Assembly (NCBI GenBank): GCA_043228905.1 | Contig: JBHGNT010000016.1 | Span: forward strand, 16,058,001 to 16,122,000 | Origin: Azolla caroliniana | Taxonomy: Eukaryota; Plantae; Polypodiophyta | DNA length: 64,000 bases | Reading direction: 5' to 3' | In this document: positions 1 to 12,972 of the stretch, piece after piece | Numbering within the stretch: position 1 is the first letter of the stretch | Layout of the letters: each line of letters begins with the position of its first letter | Made by a program: the position numbers and the translations under genes | The notes under the pieces: generated by a model | Databases searched by the model: none | What the model was told of the DNA's origin: nothing | Seen by the model: only the letters and a program-made list of their open reading frames with translations

Positions 1-323
1 TACAAGGAAAAACACTTTATTGTTGTTTTGTTGATTTCAAGAAAGCTTTTGATACCGCTCCACGAAGTGAGCTTTGGAATAGAATGGTAGGCATTGACAT
101 GCCATTAGAGTACTGAGTTGCGGTTGCACGCCTATATGAACAAGTTAAATGACAACTAAAACTGGATAGTGGATTCTCAAAGCACTTTTTAAGTAACATG
201 GGGATCAAGCAAGGATGTCCACTATCACCCACACTCTTTGTCTTATGTATTGATAAATTAGAAGAAGTGGTGAATAAGATTGCAAGAGAAGAAGGATTGA
301 ATGACCCCAATTTGATGCAACAT
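1..323 (+). mobile_element. LINE (non-LTR retrotransposon) reverse transcriptase, 5' part, decayed
   Basis: Translates as CCFVDFKKAFD...GIKQGCPLSPTLF...LMQH with internal stops; cut at 323 by the Copia insertion. Confidence 0.85.
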
Positions 324-718
324 TGTTGAGCGGCAAGCTCAACCGAAGCCAGATCGGCTGAATAAGCCGGAGCCGGTAAGTGAGACGGATCGGGCGAAAC
401 GGATTGGTATGACAGTGAGCAACCGAACCGGCAAGTAGTGGAGGCCGGGTGCAATCCATAACCGGCAGTCCAATCGGAAGCCTAGAATAGGATAGACTAC
501 TAGGTATCTATAGTCTCGTAGTAAGTGTCAGATGCTCGTGTGAGCATTGAAGTACATGGTACTTCTGTCAGTCCCAAGAGGACTTGTATAAATAGTGCTA
601 CTTAGCACAGTGTATACACAGAGTCTTGATATAATTTTGAAATTACGTTCTGCTCTCTTTCTCTCTCTCTCTCTGTGTTGTTCTCTGTTTTACACTTCCG
701 CAAACACTCACGTTTACA
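324..718 (+). repeat. 5' LTR of Copia element 1
   Basis: Direct repeat of 5850-6290; about 10 substitutions by eye plus a shorter (CT)n; contains TATAAATA. Confidence 0.95.
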
Positions 719-730
719 TGGTATCAGAGC
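719..730 (+). promoter_or_regulatory. Primer-binding site, initiator tRNA-Met
   Basis: TGGTATCAGAGC directly after the 5' LTR. Confidence 0.95.
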
Positions 731-812
731 GCGAGGGTTGAGAACCTCTGCTGCAGACATTTTCTCTTGAGAAGAAAACCCTAACAGGTCGAAAACAGAC
801 ACAGTAGAAGAC

Positions 813-3800
813 ATGGATAGAGGCATGGCTACATCGCTCCCGGTGGAGAAGATCGACAGGAGCAACTACGCATCCTGGTCTTACAAGATGCACCAGTACC
901 TGCTTGGACACGGGTACTGGAGTTATGTCGAAGGAGCAAATGATGCGGCGCCCGACTCGGCACACAAGGACTTCCTGGTATGGGAACAGGCGGCAAGCAG
1001 GGTGATGTACTGCTTCGCGTCCAGTGTTGGCGATCAGCTGCTCAGCCACATCCGTGATGCCAAGACACCGAAGGATGCTTGGGGGAACCTGAAAAAGGTT
1101 TTCACCGCAAGCACCACTGCCCGGAAGCTGCAACTCAGACAGGAGTTGAGCAATGTTCGACAGAAGAACATGTTTGTGGCAGACTACACGGGTCGGATAA
1201 AGGAGATTTGCGACTCACTCGCCTCTATCAAGGTTACCGTAGAGGAAGACGAGATGGTGCAGGTATGTCTCGGAGCCCTGGCGTCCAAGTTCGGAGCATT
1301 CCAGACTGAGGTGTGTACAAGGGAGAATACCCCCTCATTCTTCGACTTACAGTCGATGCTCCTTGTAGAGGAGAACCACGCTGGTGCATCTACCAGTGCA
1401 TCCCCGGACAGCCGAATGCTGTACATGGGAACGGATCGACACTGTGGGCATGGTGGAAGAGGTGGGTCGGCACACAATGGAGGCGGCCGGCAAGAGCAGG
1501 AACGGAGGCCCTATGAGTGTGCTGACAACAGTTCCAGGACTTCCACAAGCAGGGGGAGTCAAGGCGGTGCTGGAGGCCGGAAAGACAAATCCACTACGGA
1601 ATGCTGGTACTGTGGCAAAAAAGGCCACAGGGAAAGCGAGTGCTGGAGAAAGCGTGCCGATTCGGACAAATCCGGATCCAGCAAGACCGGTAAGGATGGT
1701 CGGCAAAACTCGCACTACGCAAACGGATCAGGAGGATTCGGAACCGGAAAGGCCGGTAAGGGACCAACCTTGGTGATGAATCACAAGGCAAACTCAATGA
1801 AGAAGACCACTTCCAAAACGGAGGAAGTGTGGTACGTTGATTCCGGTGCGTCGAACCACATGACGAGCCACAAAGAGTGGTTCTCCTTTCTGGAGAAACC
1901 GGATCAACCAGGAGTAGTCGAAACCGGAGACGACACTCCACACCTAATCGTGCACGTCGGAGAAGTCCCTCTAAGCCATGTCGGATAGAAAGGGAAGCTG
2001 ATGAACGTATTACACGTTTCGACAATCACGAAGAACCTGGTGTCCGTCGGTCAGATTGTCGACTAGGGGATGTAGGTGTGGTTTACGCACCACGGGTGCT
2101 TCATTGAGGATGAGGGCGAAGTCATTGCGCAAGGGCGCAGAGACGGGAGGATGTTTATCCTCAACACCAATGATATTGGCACCGCTGTGTTCACGAAACG
2201 ACAGAAGGTCGAGTCAGACATCGACCTGTGGCACAAGCGGATAGGCCACGTCAACTACCGGAGGCTTCAAGACCTGGAAACAAAACAAGTCGTTTTCGGT
2301 TTGCCAAAGTTCAGCGGCCGGAGAGCCAAAATTTGTGAAGCCTGCCAACTTGGGAAGCAACACCGGCTTCCATTCCCCACCGAACGGAACCGGAGCCGTA
2401 ACAAGCTCGATCTCATCCATTCGGATGTTTGGGGACCGGCACAAAGTGTAAGCCTTGACGGGAGCCGGTACTTCGTCTCCTTCATCGACGACTATACTCG
2501 ACATACTTGGATCTACCTCATTGAGCGGAAGAGCAAAGTCTTCGACTGTTTCCGGAGCCTCCAGAAGATGGTGGAACGGGAATCGGAGAGGAAGATCAAA
2601 TGCCTTCGGTCGGATGGCGGAAAGGAATATTTTTCCGGCCAATTCACTATTTATTTGCAGCAGAAGGGAATTCGGTGAGAGTTCAGCTGCAGATACACAC
2701 CGGAGCAAAACGGTGTGGCCAAAAGGAAGAACCGGACACTCGTCGAAGCGGCAAGGACAATGCTGGAGGAGAAGAGCATGCCCCGGTTCTACTGGGCGGA
2801 GGCGGTCCAGACGGTCGTCTACATACAAAACTGAATTGGTGACAAGGTGTCAGCTCATGAGTTGTATTTCGGGCGCAAGCCGAACTTAAGACACCTTCGG
2901 ATATTCGGTAGCATAGCGTATGTGCATGTGCCGGATCAGAAGCGGAGGAAGCTGGATGCAAAATCGGAAAAATGCATCCTAGTCGGCTATGCTCAAGAAC
3001 AAAAGGGGTATAAGTGTTATAACCCCCAGACGAAGGAAGTCCGAGTTAGCCGGGATGTCGAGTTCGACGAATCGGCATCCTGGTACTCCGTACTGACTCC
3101 GACATCCGATCCCGACCCAATGCCGGAAGATCAGGCCAGTGAGCCTGAATCAGCCTTGGAAGAGGATGATGAAGCTAGGACTCAAGATGAGAGTCCGGAA
3201 TCGTTTCGGTTGAGTGGACCGAACGAGCGACTGAGTCGGTTGGACCAGTCGGATGAAGAGACGACAAGTGGTGGAGACTCTGCCGTGCTCTACCCGCGCA
3301 AGGAACCGAGGAAACGGTTCACGCGCAAAGAGAAGGGGAAGAGGAAGATGCCGGAATTCGAAACCGGCAACGATGAGTCGGATCGGTGCGTATCCGACTC
3401 CGGAAAGGAGAAAGGCAGATCTTCGGTAACGAAGACCGAACTAGCCAAGAAGGGCCTCAAATCAGGTGACAGTGCGTTGCGCCGATCAACCCGTCCGAAG
3501 GATCCCGTCATGCGGTACGGGTACAATGAATACATGGCGCATCATTCTGCGTACATGACTAAGGTGACAGAAGTGCGTGAGTCGGAGAGCTACGCAGAAG
3601 CGGCAAGGGACGCAAATTGGCATGCCGCTATGGACGAAGAAATGCGGGCACTCGATGCCAACGAAACTTGGAACCTAGTTGATCCTCCCCGTCACTGTAA
3701 ACCGATCGGATGCAAGTGGGTGTACAAAGTCAAGTACAACGCCGACGGTTCTGTTAACCGGTACAAAGCCCGGTTAGTGGCGAAGGGATACGCGCAGACC

Positions 3801-5855
3801 CACGGAATCGACTATGACAAGACCTTCGCTCCTGTGGCGAAGATGATGACGGTTCGTGTGGTACTGGCGGTTGTTGCGGCAAGGGGGTGGCATCTTCACC
3901 AGATGGATGTGAAGAATGCCTTCCTTCAAGGAGAGCTTGAAGAAGAAGTCTTTATGACTCAGCCCCCCGGATTTCAATCGGAGATGACCAAATCGGCGGT
4001 ATGCCGACTGAAGAAGTCGCTTTACGGCTTGAAGCAAGCCCCCCGAGCTTGGAACGCGAAGATCACGCACCGGTTGCGTAAGCTGGGGTTTGCTGTCTCT
4101 AAGTCAGACTCTTCGTTGTTCATCCGGCAAGGCTCTGACGGTCCGGTATGTATACTCTTGTATGTGGATGATTTAGTCATCACCGGACCGGGTCTTCCCG
4201 AAATCAACCGCGTCAAGTCCCAGTTGTCGGACGCATTCGAAATGAAGGACCTGGGGGACCTTCATTATTTTCTTGGGATCGAAGTGATCCGGGCCCCCGA
4301 CGTCATATTGCTCTCACAACGACATTACGTGTTGAATATGTTGTATAAGTTCGGCATGACGGATTGCCGACCTGTCTCCACACCCCTGGACCGGAACCAG
4401 AAGCTCCGTCCCAACTCCGGACCGGCCTGCAATGAGAAACGGTTCCGACAGATTGTCGGAAGCTTGATCTACTTAACCATCACCCGATCCGACATCAGCT
4501 ATCCGGTCGGCATGGTAAGCCAGTTCATGCAGAAGCCGACCATGGAGCACCTTCTGTGCGCGCAACGAATATTACGGTATGTCAACGGCACTAAGGACCG
4601 GGGTCTGCTATACTGGCGAGGTATACCCGAAGAGCTTGTCGGTTACACAGATGCTGATTGGGCCGGCGATGCGTCTGATCGCCGCTCCACTTCCGGATAC
4701 ATGTTCTCCATAGGTCGCGCGGTCGTTGCGTGGAGCAGCAAGAAGCAGCCCACAGTAGCTTTGTCAAGCACTGAGGTTGAGTACCGTGCCGCTACCGTTG
4801 CCACTTGTGAAGCCATCTGGCTTCGACGACTGCTGCGAGACTTGCGGATCGAAGTGCCGACCCTGATCCCAATTTACTGCGATAACATGAGCAGCCTGCA
4901 GCTCACCAGGAACCCTGTGTTCCATGCTCGCACAAAGCACATCGAGGTGCACTACCACTTCGTGCGTGAGCGGGTCCTGAGAGGTGAAGTTGACCTACGG
5001 TATGTTCATATGGATCGGCAAGTTGTCGACATCTTCACCAAGCCGCTCGGATCGGACAAGTTGCAGCACTTTACCGACATGCTTGGTATTCAGCATTTCG
5101 ACATGCCGCACTTGAGGGGGAGAAGCAAGGGCAAAGTCTCTACCGAAACGGGGAAAGGCAAAAAACCTGTTGAACCCGTCGGTAAGAGGAGAGCTGGAAG
5201 AAGAGGAGACAAGAAGATGAAGGAAGTTGAGTCGACGAAGGAAGTCGACACATCCGAACAGGTCGGAGCAAGCGACTGTGAAGAAGAGTTGTGCACTCAG
5301 GAAGAGAAGTGCATGCTGTGTGGAGGTCATCACGACGGTACTGACCATGATGCAGAGTCGAATGAAGAATTCGATTTCGGTTCACCGGCTGAAGAAGTCG
5401 AGGGAAGCATGGAGAAGGCCAAGACACGAAAGTGGTCTGATGTGGTGAGAGGCCTGAAGCCGGAAGTCGAATCGGAGTGTACCGATTCGGACAAGAGCTG
5501 GAACGAGTCAGAGACAACTGACTCGGATCAACAAATGGATCTGGATGAGTCGGATCGACTGAAGGCCATGGGGACACGGACACAGCGGAAGTCGATGCCA
5601 TCGTGGGAGAACCGACGGATCGACAAGCGCCGGAGTCACAGCAACGTGAGTGCTGAGATGGGCCTATTGAGCAAACATGCCGACCGAGAGGGTCGAGGCG
5701 CGCAGAACCCAAGGGGTCGCGGCAAACGGGACCGGACCGGACGAGGAGCGCGAGCAAGGCGGAGTGACGCCAGGAGAAGTCGGTTGGAAGAACCGACTGC
5801 CACAGAGGTCGACACTACGACCCCACTTCAGGTTGAGCTTGAGGGGGAGTGTTGA
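813..5855 (+). pseudogene. Copia gag-pol polyprotein, one frame with five premature stops
   Basis: ORFs 813-1988, 2076-2678 and 2847-5855 share a frame; motifs CWYCGKKGHRESEC, WYVDSGASNHMT, LIHSDVWGP, LLYVDD, YTDADWAG; stops are TAG/TGA, consistent with CAG/CGA deamination. Confidence 0.93.
5841..5849 (+). promoter_or_regulatory. Polypurine tract of element 1
   Basis: GAGGGGGAG abutting the 3' LTR. Confidence 0.9.
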
Positions 5856-6177
5856 GCGGCAAGCTCAACCGGAGCCGGATCGGCTGAATAAGCCGGAGCC
5901 GGTAAGTGAGACGGATCGGGCGAAACGGATCGGTATGACAGTGAGCAACCGAACCGGCAAGCAGTGGAGGCCGGGTGCAATCCGTAACCGGCAGTCCAAT
6001 CGGAAGCCTAGAATAGGATAGACTACTAGGTATCTATAGTCTCGTAGTAAGGGTCAGATGCTCGTCTGAGCATTGAAGTACATGGTACTTCTGTCGGTCC
6101 TAAGAGGACTTGTATAAATAGTGCTACTTAGCACAGTGTATACACAGAGTGTTGATATAATTTTGAAATTACGTTCT

Positions 6178-6244
<67 letters not shown>

Positions 6245-6290
6245 GTGTGTTGTTCTCTGTTTTACACTTCCGCAAACACTCACGTTTACA
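5850..6290 (+). repeat. 3' LTR of Copia element 1, with expanded (CT)n at about 6179-6242
   Basis: Direct repeat of 324-718, followed by the TSD. Confidence 0.95.
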
Positions 6291-6295
6291 AACAT

Positions 6296-7641
6296 ATTAT
6301 CTTATTGCTTCTAAATGCAGATGATGTGATACTTTTCTGATATGATGTTGATAGTATGCAACCTTTACTTGGGGTATTAGAAGAATTTTGCCATAGTAGT
6401 GGACTAGTAGTGAATGTGGAGAAAACAAAAATGATGGTAGTGCAAACCATCCAACCTCATCATTACCCTATGCTCACATATAAAGGTGTAGATATACAAT
6501 TTGTTCAAAGCTTTAAATATCTTGGTATTGATGTACCCACCACAAATAAATGGAGTGCATGCTTTGATTCTAGACTACAAGCCGGTTGGAAATCATATTA
6601 CCTTTTGGAGAACCAATGCAACCAAAGTGATGCTTGTGTATGGGAAGTAAAACCAATGTTGTTCAATGCCATGGTAACTCAAGTATTGCTTTATGGAGCA
6701 ACAGTATGGGGGTGGCACCATCTCTCTTAATGCATAGAATGAGATTGAGAAAATTCAAAAGTTGTTTTTAGGGAGGCAATTAGGAGTTAAATGCACTACC
6801 TCTTACTAGGTTATGCTCTTGGAAATGGGTGTTCAACCCATATAAGTGTTGGCACTACAAAGAGTATATAAATACATTCCAAATGTCAAGAATATGTTGA
6901 ATCATCGATTACCACATCTTGCTTGGAATGTTGGATGTAAGCTACAAAAGAATCATAAAAGTAAGATTCTCTCATCTGGTTGGGTTGTTGACATATGGAA
7001 ATGGTTTAGAAGATGGGTTGTCGATGATCTTTTAGAGCTTTCGGGCAATGCTATGTAGTATGTAATGATTGAGGAAAGGTTGGTGGAATCATTAAGGATG
7101 AAGTGGGAGGATGCTAAGAGGACAAAGTTAGAATACTATATTGCAAATGTCAACCCTGAATGTTGGTCTCAGTATAAAGCAAGAATGTCTATGGATCGTA
7201 TCCAAGCTTATCTCATTACCAATATGAGTAGTAATGCTCCTAGAGCCCTTACACTACTTCGCACTCGATCTCACAAGTTAGGTATTGAAGTTGCGTCAAG
7301 GTATCAAAATGTAACGAATTTGAAGACATGTAAAGTATGCAATGAAGGCATGGTAGAGGATGAATGTTACTTGCTCTTCACATGCTCGACATATAGTGCA
7401 ATTCATTCAAGATATGCTGACATACTAAGAGGGAGTGATAAGTTAAGTGCCATACTTAAGACACCACCTAAAAGGTTGAGCTCATCTGTGTATGCATTAT
7501 TAACACATAAAGACTTTGTACTTCAACGTATGAATACCCCTTCTTAGGAAGGAGACATATATCAAGAACACATGTATACTCTGGTCCCATAGGTCAAAAT
7601 TGGCCGCTTTATGGACGATAAAAATTCTAATTCTAATTCTA
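6296..7641 (+). mobile_element. LINE 3' part (RT end, C-terminal Zn motif, microsatellite tail); RTE/RTEX-like
   Basis: Resumes as IILLLLNADDVILF (degenerate YADD), then FKYLG and LRTRSHKLGIE...CKVC...EDE...C; ends in (ATTCTA)3 at 7624-7641. Confidence 0.8.
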
Positions 7642-10600
7642 ATACATTTGTGAGAGCTGGTCAATAACAAAGTTTTGACTGAAATGTTAGAACTCACTAA
7701 ATCATAACTAGTATGTATGGGTTTAGTGCTTCTAGAGATGGTTTTGAATTGATGGAACAATGCTTCTATCATCAAGGGGGGACAAGTTTTTCAATTGAAC
7801 TCAAATGAGCTCATGCGGGGTGGATACTTTGTTATATATTATCCAGGACAACATAATGATTAGTAGACTCTCTGTATCGATATGTACATGGGGCATCTTA
7901 AAGTCCATATAGTTGCTTTACACATAAGGGTAAGGGCAGAAATGTGCCAAGGTTCAACGACAGCCAAAGTTTCATATCCTTAAGTGAGTTGATCCATGGT
8001 GGTGCGGAAGCATGAAACTTTCCAGTAAGAATTAGAAACTTTGTCCAACACTGGTTATGACTACTTTAATTAATAGCTAATTATTTTCTCACTAAATTAA
8101 GTGAAAATTATGAGGTACATTAATTTAACATATTAATAGTTGTAAATCACTCATAATATGTTGTGTTTAAGAGTGTTGCCACTCAAAATGGTGAAGTCCA
8201 TGATTTTTCTATTCTATATCATGTTTGAAAAAGTTGACAAAGACAACTATGTTCCAAAATGACAACCATGGTCCAAAAAGTCAACCAAAACTTCCAATGA
8301 GGAAGTGTATGAGGCAAGAAAGGATGCAAGTTTCTATTGTGGATCTTCCAATTTATCTAAAAATAAGAAAAAAGAGGAAGTTGCTTGTCTTAGTCTTTGC
8401 TAAACTAACCTTTCTCTTTATCCACCACACAATACAAAACCTAGAGGCCGTAGAGCTATTTATAAACAAGTAAAAATAATGTAGGATGCCTAGCTCAATG
8501 ACAGCATAGAAAGACATATAGACTAAAGAACATTAAACTCTACTAACTAAGCCACATCCATCTATGTATCGTTATATTGTGAAATGCTCTCAAGAATAGC
8601 GCTCCCTTTCCATTACGTTCCAAGTTACATTTTATAGACTACTCTTAGCGTGGAGGGTGTTCTCCTGCTCCAATTAGCTCTTCTAATTATGGGGGCTTGG
8701 TAGGGGCCTAATTTAGGTGTCGTCCATGTGACCGCCATAGTTCCCCATTGTAAAAGAAAATGTTATTGTGCGGTCGGATCGTGACGGGGCGTGGACGACG
8801 GTTCTAAGAAGGGGATGACACGGGTGTGGGCGTGGGCATGAGCGTGGGCAAGGGCAAGGGCAATGGTAGCTGATGGAAGGGCATCATGCAAGTCTGGTGG
8901 GCAAAGGTAGAGTGGTTGTTGGAGGCGCGACAGAGCAGATATGTAGTGTTGTGTATCTGCTTTTGAACTTCGAAGGGACCGATCCATCGGTGCATGAGTG
9001 ACTCGCTGAGGCCGGGATGACGGATGGGGAAATAGATGAGGACTTTGTCGCCGACGTGTTATTGATGGTCGGCGCGGCCTGCATCGTGTTGTCGTTTTTG
9101 GCGTAGCTGTGCTTGGTGCAGGTTGCTCGTGATGGCTTTGCGGAGGAGGGGCTGGAGTTGTTGCAGGTGGGACCACCAGGACACAGCGTTAGAGTGGAGT
9201 CGTGTGATTGGGTGCGGAACTGCCACTTCTAGGGGTAAGTGCGGGTCCCTTCCGTAAAGGGCACGAAATGGGCTAATGCGGGTGGAGGCTTGCACAGTTG
9301 TGTTGTAGGCATGCGTAACGAAGGGCCGAGATTTGTTGTTTTAAGGTTCGATTGAGGCGCTCCGTCAATCCATTCGTCTGCAGATGGTAGGGTGACGTGA
9401 ATAATTGTTGGATTCCTAATTGTGTAGAAACGAGGCGTAGGAGCTCACTATTGAACTGGGGTCCTCGATCGGACAAGATTTGGAGTGGGAAACCGTGGGG
9501 GAAGATGATTTTCTCCAATAGTTTGGAGGCGATGGTCATAGCCTTCGCATCTGGGATAACGGCCGTGTTAGCCCAACGCGTCATGTACTTGGGAAAGGGG
9601 CCCATAATGTCCCATCCGACAATTTCAAATGGAGCTTGAACTTCTATCGGACGTAAGAGGCCTTGAGCCACTTGAGGTGATTTGATGGCCTGACATAAGT
9701 CGCATGCTTTAATGTAGGAGGCGACCTTGTGGCGTAGCCCTGGACAATAGAATTTGCAACGGATTTTTTCTAGCACCTTATGAAAACCCAAGTGGCCGGA
9801 CAACGGGTGATTGTTGAAGAAACAAAGGTAAGACATGCGTAGTTGCTCAAGCATGTAGACCCGGGGTTCCTTGCCTACTTGGCAAAAAAGCAGGACATTA
9901 TCCTAGATCATGAATTGCTTGGTGAGGGATGATGTGGGCTCGGCTCGTAGGCGGTGGCAGATGTCTTGGATTTTTTTGTCGTGTTGTTGCATGTTGGCCA
10001 TTTGGGACGAGGATATGGGGAAATCGATTGAGTCAGAGGTGATCTGGTTCTCTTGAACGGATATGCGGGATAATCCATCGGTGACGATGTTTTGGGGACC
10101 ATTGCGATAGCGCAGAGTGAATGTGTAATCATGTAGCGCCAAAGCCCAACGAAGTAAGCGACTGGGTGGATGAGCCTTCTTTATGAGGCAGAGCAATGAT
10201 TGATGATCGGTTTCGACTGATGTATTTGATCTGTGTAGGTATGGGTGTAAATGATGGAATGCCCAAACGATGGCGAACAACTCTTTTTCATTTGTCGAGT
10301 AGTTTTGTTTGGCTTTGGTAAGTGACCGACTTATGTAGGCAATCGGGCGGAGTTGGTCGTTGTCGTCGGATTGGAGCCGGACCGCACCAAGGTCGACATT
10401 GGAGGCATCCGTCTGCAGATGGAAAGCCTTCGTGAAATTAGGGTGGGCCAGGAGGTTAGAGGCTTGGAGTGTTCGCTTGCGCTGCAGGAAGCTGGATTCG
10501 CAGGCTTCGGTCCATAGGAAGGGTCCATCTTTGTGCAGGAGCGCGCGTAGTGGGGCTCACAGGTCGGCTAGCTGTGGGATGAAGCAAAGAGAGAACGTGA

Positions 10601-11832
10601 GGAGGCCAAGGAAGCGTTGAAGCTGCTTGATTGTGGTGGGGCAAAAGGGAATTTTTGGACTACTTCCGTCTTCTCGGGGTCCACCTATACTCCGTCGGAG
10701 GAGATGACGTACCCGAGGAAGCGGATGTGCGTACTACCCCATCGACACTTCTTCCATTGCGGCTGCAATCGATAGCGTTGAACACAACTTAGGACCTCCC
10801 GAAGGACTTGAAGGTGTTCCACCCAAGTGCTTGTATGTATCCGAATATGGTCTAGATAGACGATGACGATGCGGCAGGTGATGAGATCATCAAAGATGGC
10901 GTTAACCATTCGCTAGAATGTGCTCCCAGCATCGGATAGGCCGAAGGGATCCGTGTGAACTGAAAAATGCCTTTCCTAGTGCGGAATGCAGTTTTGTGGG
11001 CATCTTTAGGATTCATAGGGATCTATCAATATGTCGAGGCCAAATCGAGGGAGGTGAAGTACTTTGATTTGCCGAGCTGCTCGAGGAGGTGGTCAATACG
11101 AGGGAGAGGATATTGGTCATGGGTGGTGACATGGTTTAGTTGTCGGAAGTCGACACAAAAATGATAAGAGCCATCCCTTTTCTTTACCATGCGTGGCTTC
11201 GAGATCCACTCGCTCTTGGAAGGTGTGATAATCCCCTATTATAGATAGTTTTGGTGGCATTGTCGATGCGCTCGTGGTCGAGAGGCGAGCGACGTCCGGG
11301 AGTTGCGTTGATGGGGCAGGCGTTGCCTACAAGGAATCGTGTGGTGGATTGGAAAACAGACCGAGGCAGGTTTTGCAGGTGGTGTGGACAGCAAGGGAAA
11401 GGTGGCTAGGAGTCGTCGGATGTCATGGATGCGCTCTGTCGGTGATACCAAGTAGTGTGTGTTGCTGATGTGGGTGATATCTCGTGGAGTAGTGAAGAGC
11501 GCGATCGGAAGGTGATTGGGGAGGATGAGCTGTTGTGAGGAGAAATCGAGACAGGCTCGACTATGGAGGAACCAATCACAACCTAGAGTGATTGGGAACA
11601 ACTGGCGTGGGAGGATGTAGAAACGATGTTAGATTTGGGCGGAACTGATGGTGAGCATGCACATGACTTGCGTATGTGAGTGGTACAACCGTTGTTGGTC
11701 ACCGAAGAGGATTTTAATGGGCGGTGCGTGGCTCGTGTGAAGTTGTAATTGGGTGACTAAATCTGCACTGATGGAAGAGATGCTGCTACCGGAGTTGAGG
11801 AGAACTTCTTGGGTCGTGTGTTGGAGGCGGGC

Positions 11833-12012
11833 GATTGTGCAAAAAACGGGTGAAGTTGATGACATGGAGGTGTGGACATGCGGGGTCAGCTCGATCGTGG
11901 TATAAACGAGAGAAGTTGATGACGTGGAGGCGTGAACGTGCAGGGACGGCTCAATCGTGGGAGAAACGGGAGAAGTTGATGACGCGGAGGCGTGGACATG
12001 CGGGGGCGGCTC
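11833..12012 (-). repeat. Three 60-bp tandem repeats at the start of pol (PHVHASxSSTSPV)
   Basis: GAAGTTGATGACxxGGAGGxGTGxACxTG recurs with an exact 60-nt period. Confidence 0.85.
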
Positions 12013-12035
12013 TCCCTGCAGCACCCCGCGCATTA

Positions 12036-12042
12036 GTTTTCC
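12036..12042 (-). promoter_or_regulatory. Putative -1 ribosomal frameshift site between gag and pol of element 2
   Basis: GGAAAAC just before the gag stop (PEN*); the pol ORF ending at 11629 is in the -1 frame; GC-rich hairpin potential follows. Confidence 0.6.
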
Positions 12043-12956
12043 GGGAGCTCAAAGAGGGAGGCAGCGTCGGCTAATTGGACGTTCTGCTTTTGTTGGTGAT
12101 TTTGCCACTTTCGGTAGTGATGCCGAATGTGGCCATACTTGTTGCAGTAGAAACATTTGGGGCATCCCTGGCTGTCTCCTTCGGGCAATGCATGCTTGGC
12201 GCGTAATTGCGCGTTTTGGACATCGATGTCCATGGGAGTGGTGGCTGGCATCGTGTTTGTATGATCGTGACTGAGATTACCTAGTGTGTGCATGTCGTGC
12301 ACGTCTGCAACTTCGATGCGTTGGGCGGTGAGGATGGCTTCGTGTAGTGTCGTCGGGCCTTGATCGCGTACACGATGGCGGAGGTCATGTCGGATACGCG
12401 GCTAGAAGAAAAACAACTTCATGTCTTCCGACATGTTGGAAAATTGACTCGAGTTGTTGCAGGGCTGTCTGGCGGGAGTCTTGATGAGCAAAATTCCGAA
12501 TCATGGCTACCCATAATAGATCCCAGTCGTTGCGTGTCTCTTTGGGTTGTTGGACGAGCCATGTTGCTGTGATATTCTCGAGGAGTGTCTTCATTTCCAT
12601 TGACTTCCGGGGGTGTGGCCACTGGTGGTAACTGGCCACCATTTCGAAATGATCCAGCCAAGTGAGGACGTCTTCCAATGGTAGGCCGAACAATGGTTTT
12701 GTGCGAACTCGAGGGTTCGGGAGATTCTGTTGTGGCTCGGATTGTGCTGAAAGAAATGACAACATGGCTTGGTTAGTATGGTTAACTTGTAAAATAATGC
12801 TGGAGAGGGCTTGAACCAGTTGGTCGATTGGCGATGTGGGCTGATGTTCTTGAATTTGTTGTAGAAATTCCGGATTCATTGAGTTTGCGTTGCCGCCGTT
12901 GTTGTCGTGTTGCATCGTGGAGTGTGTTGTTGGGGTCGTGAGTTGGGGTTGCTTTG

Positions 12957-12972
12957 CCCGTCTTCTCCACCA
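12957..12972 (-). promoter_or_regulatory. Primer-binding site, tRNA-Ala-like
   Basis: Minus strand TGGTGGAGAAGACGGG, 3 nt inside the 5' LTR; resembles the complement of tRNA-Ala 3' ends (..TCTCCACCA). Confidence 0.7.

Larger units (their letters stand above)
324..6290 (+). mobile_element. Full-length Ty1/Copia LTR retrotransposon (element 1)
   Basis: LTRs 324-718 and 5850-6290 (TG..CA), 5-bp TSD AACAT (319-323, 6291-6295), PBS, PPT, domain order gag-PR-INT-RT-RH. Confidence 0.97.

Noticed and set aside
6054-6324. ERERER / SLSLSL ORFs
   Set aside because: Translations of the (CT)n microsatellite in the LTR
7650-8470. Possible gene fragment between the LINE and element 2
   Set aside because: AT-rich, only a short ORF with no recognisable motif
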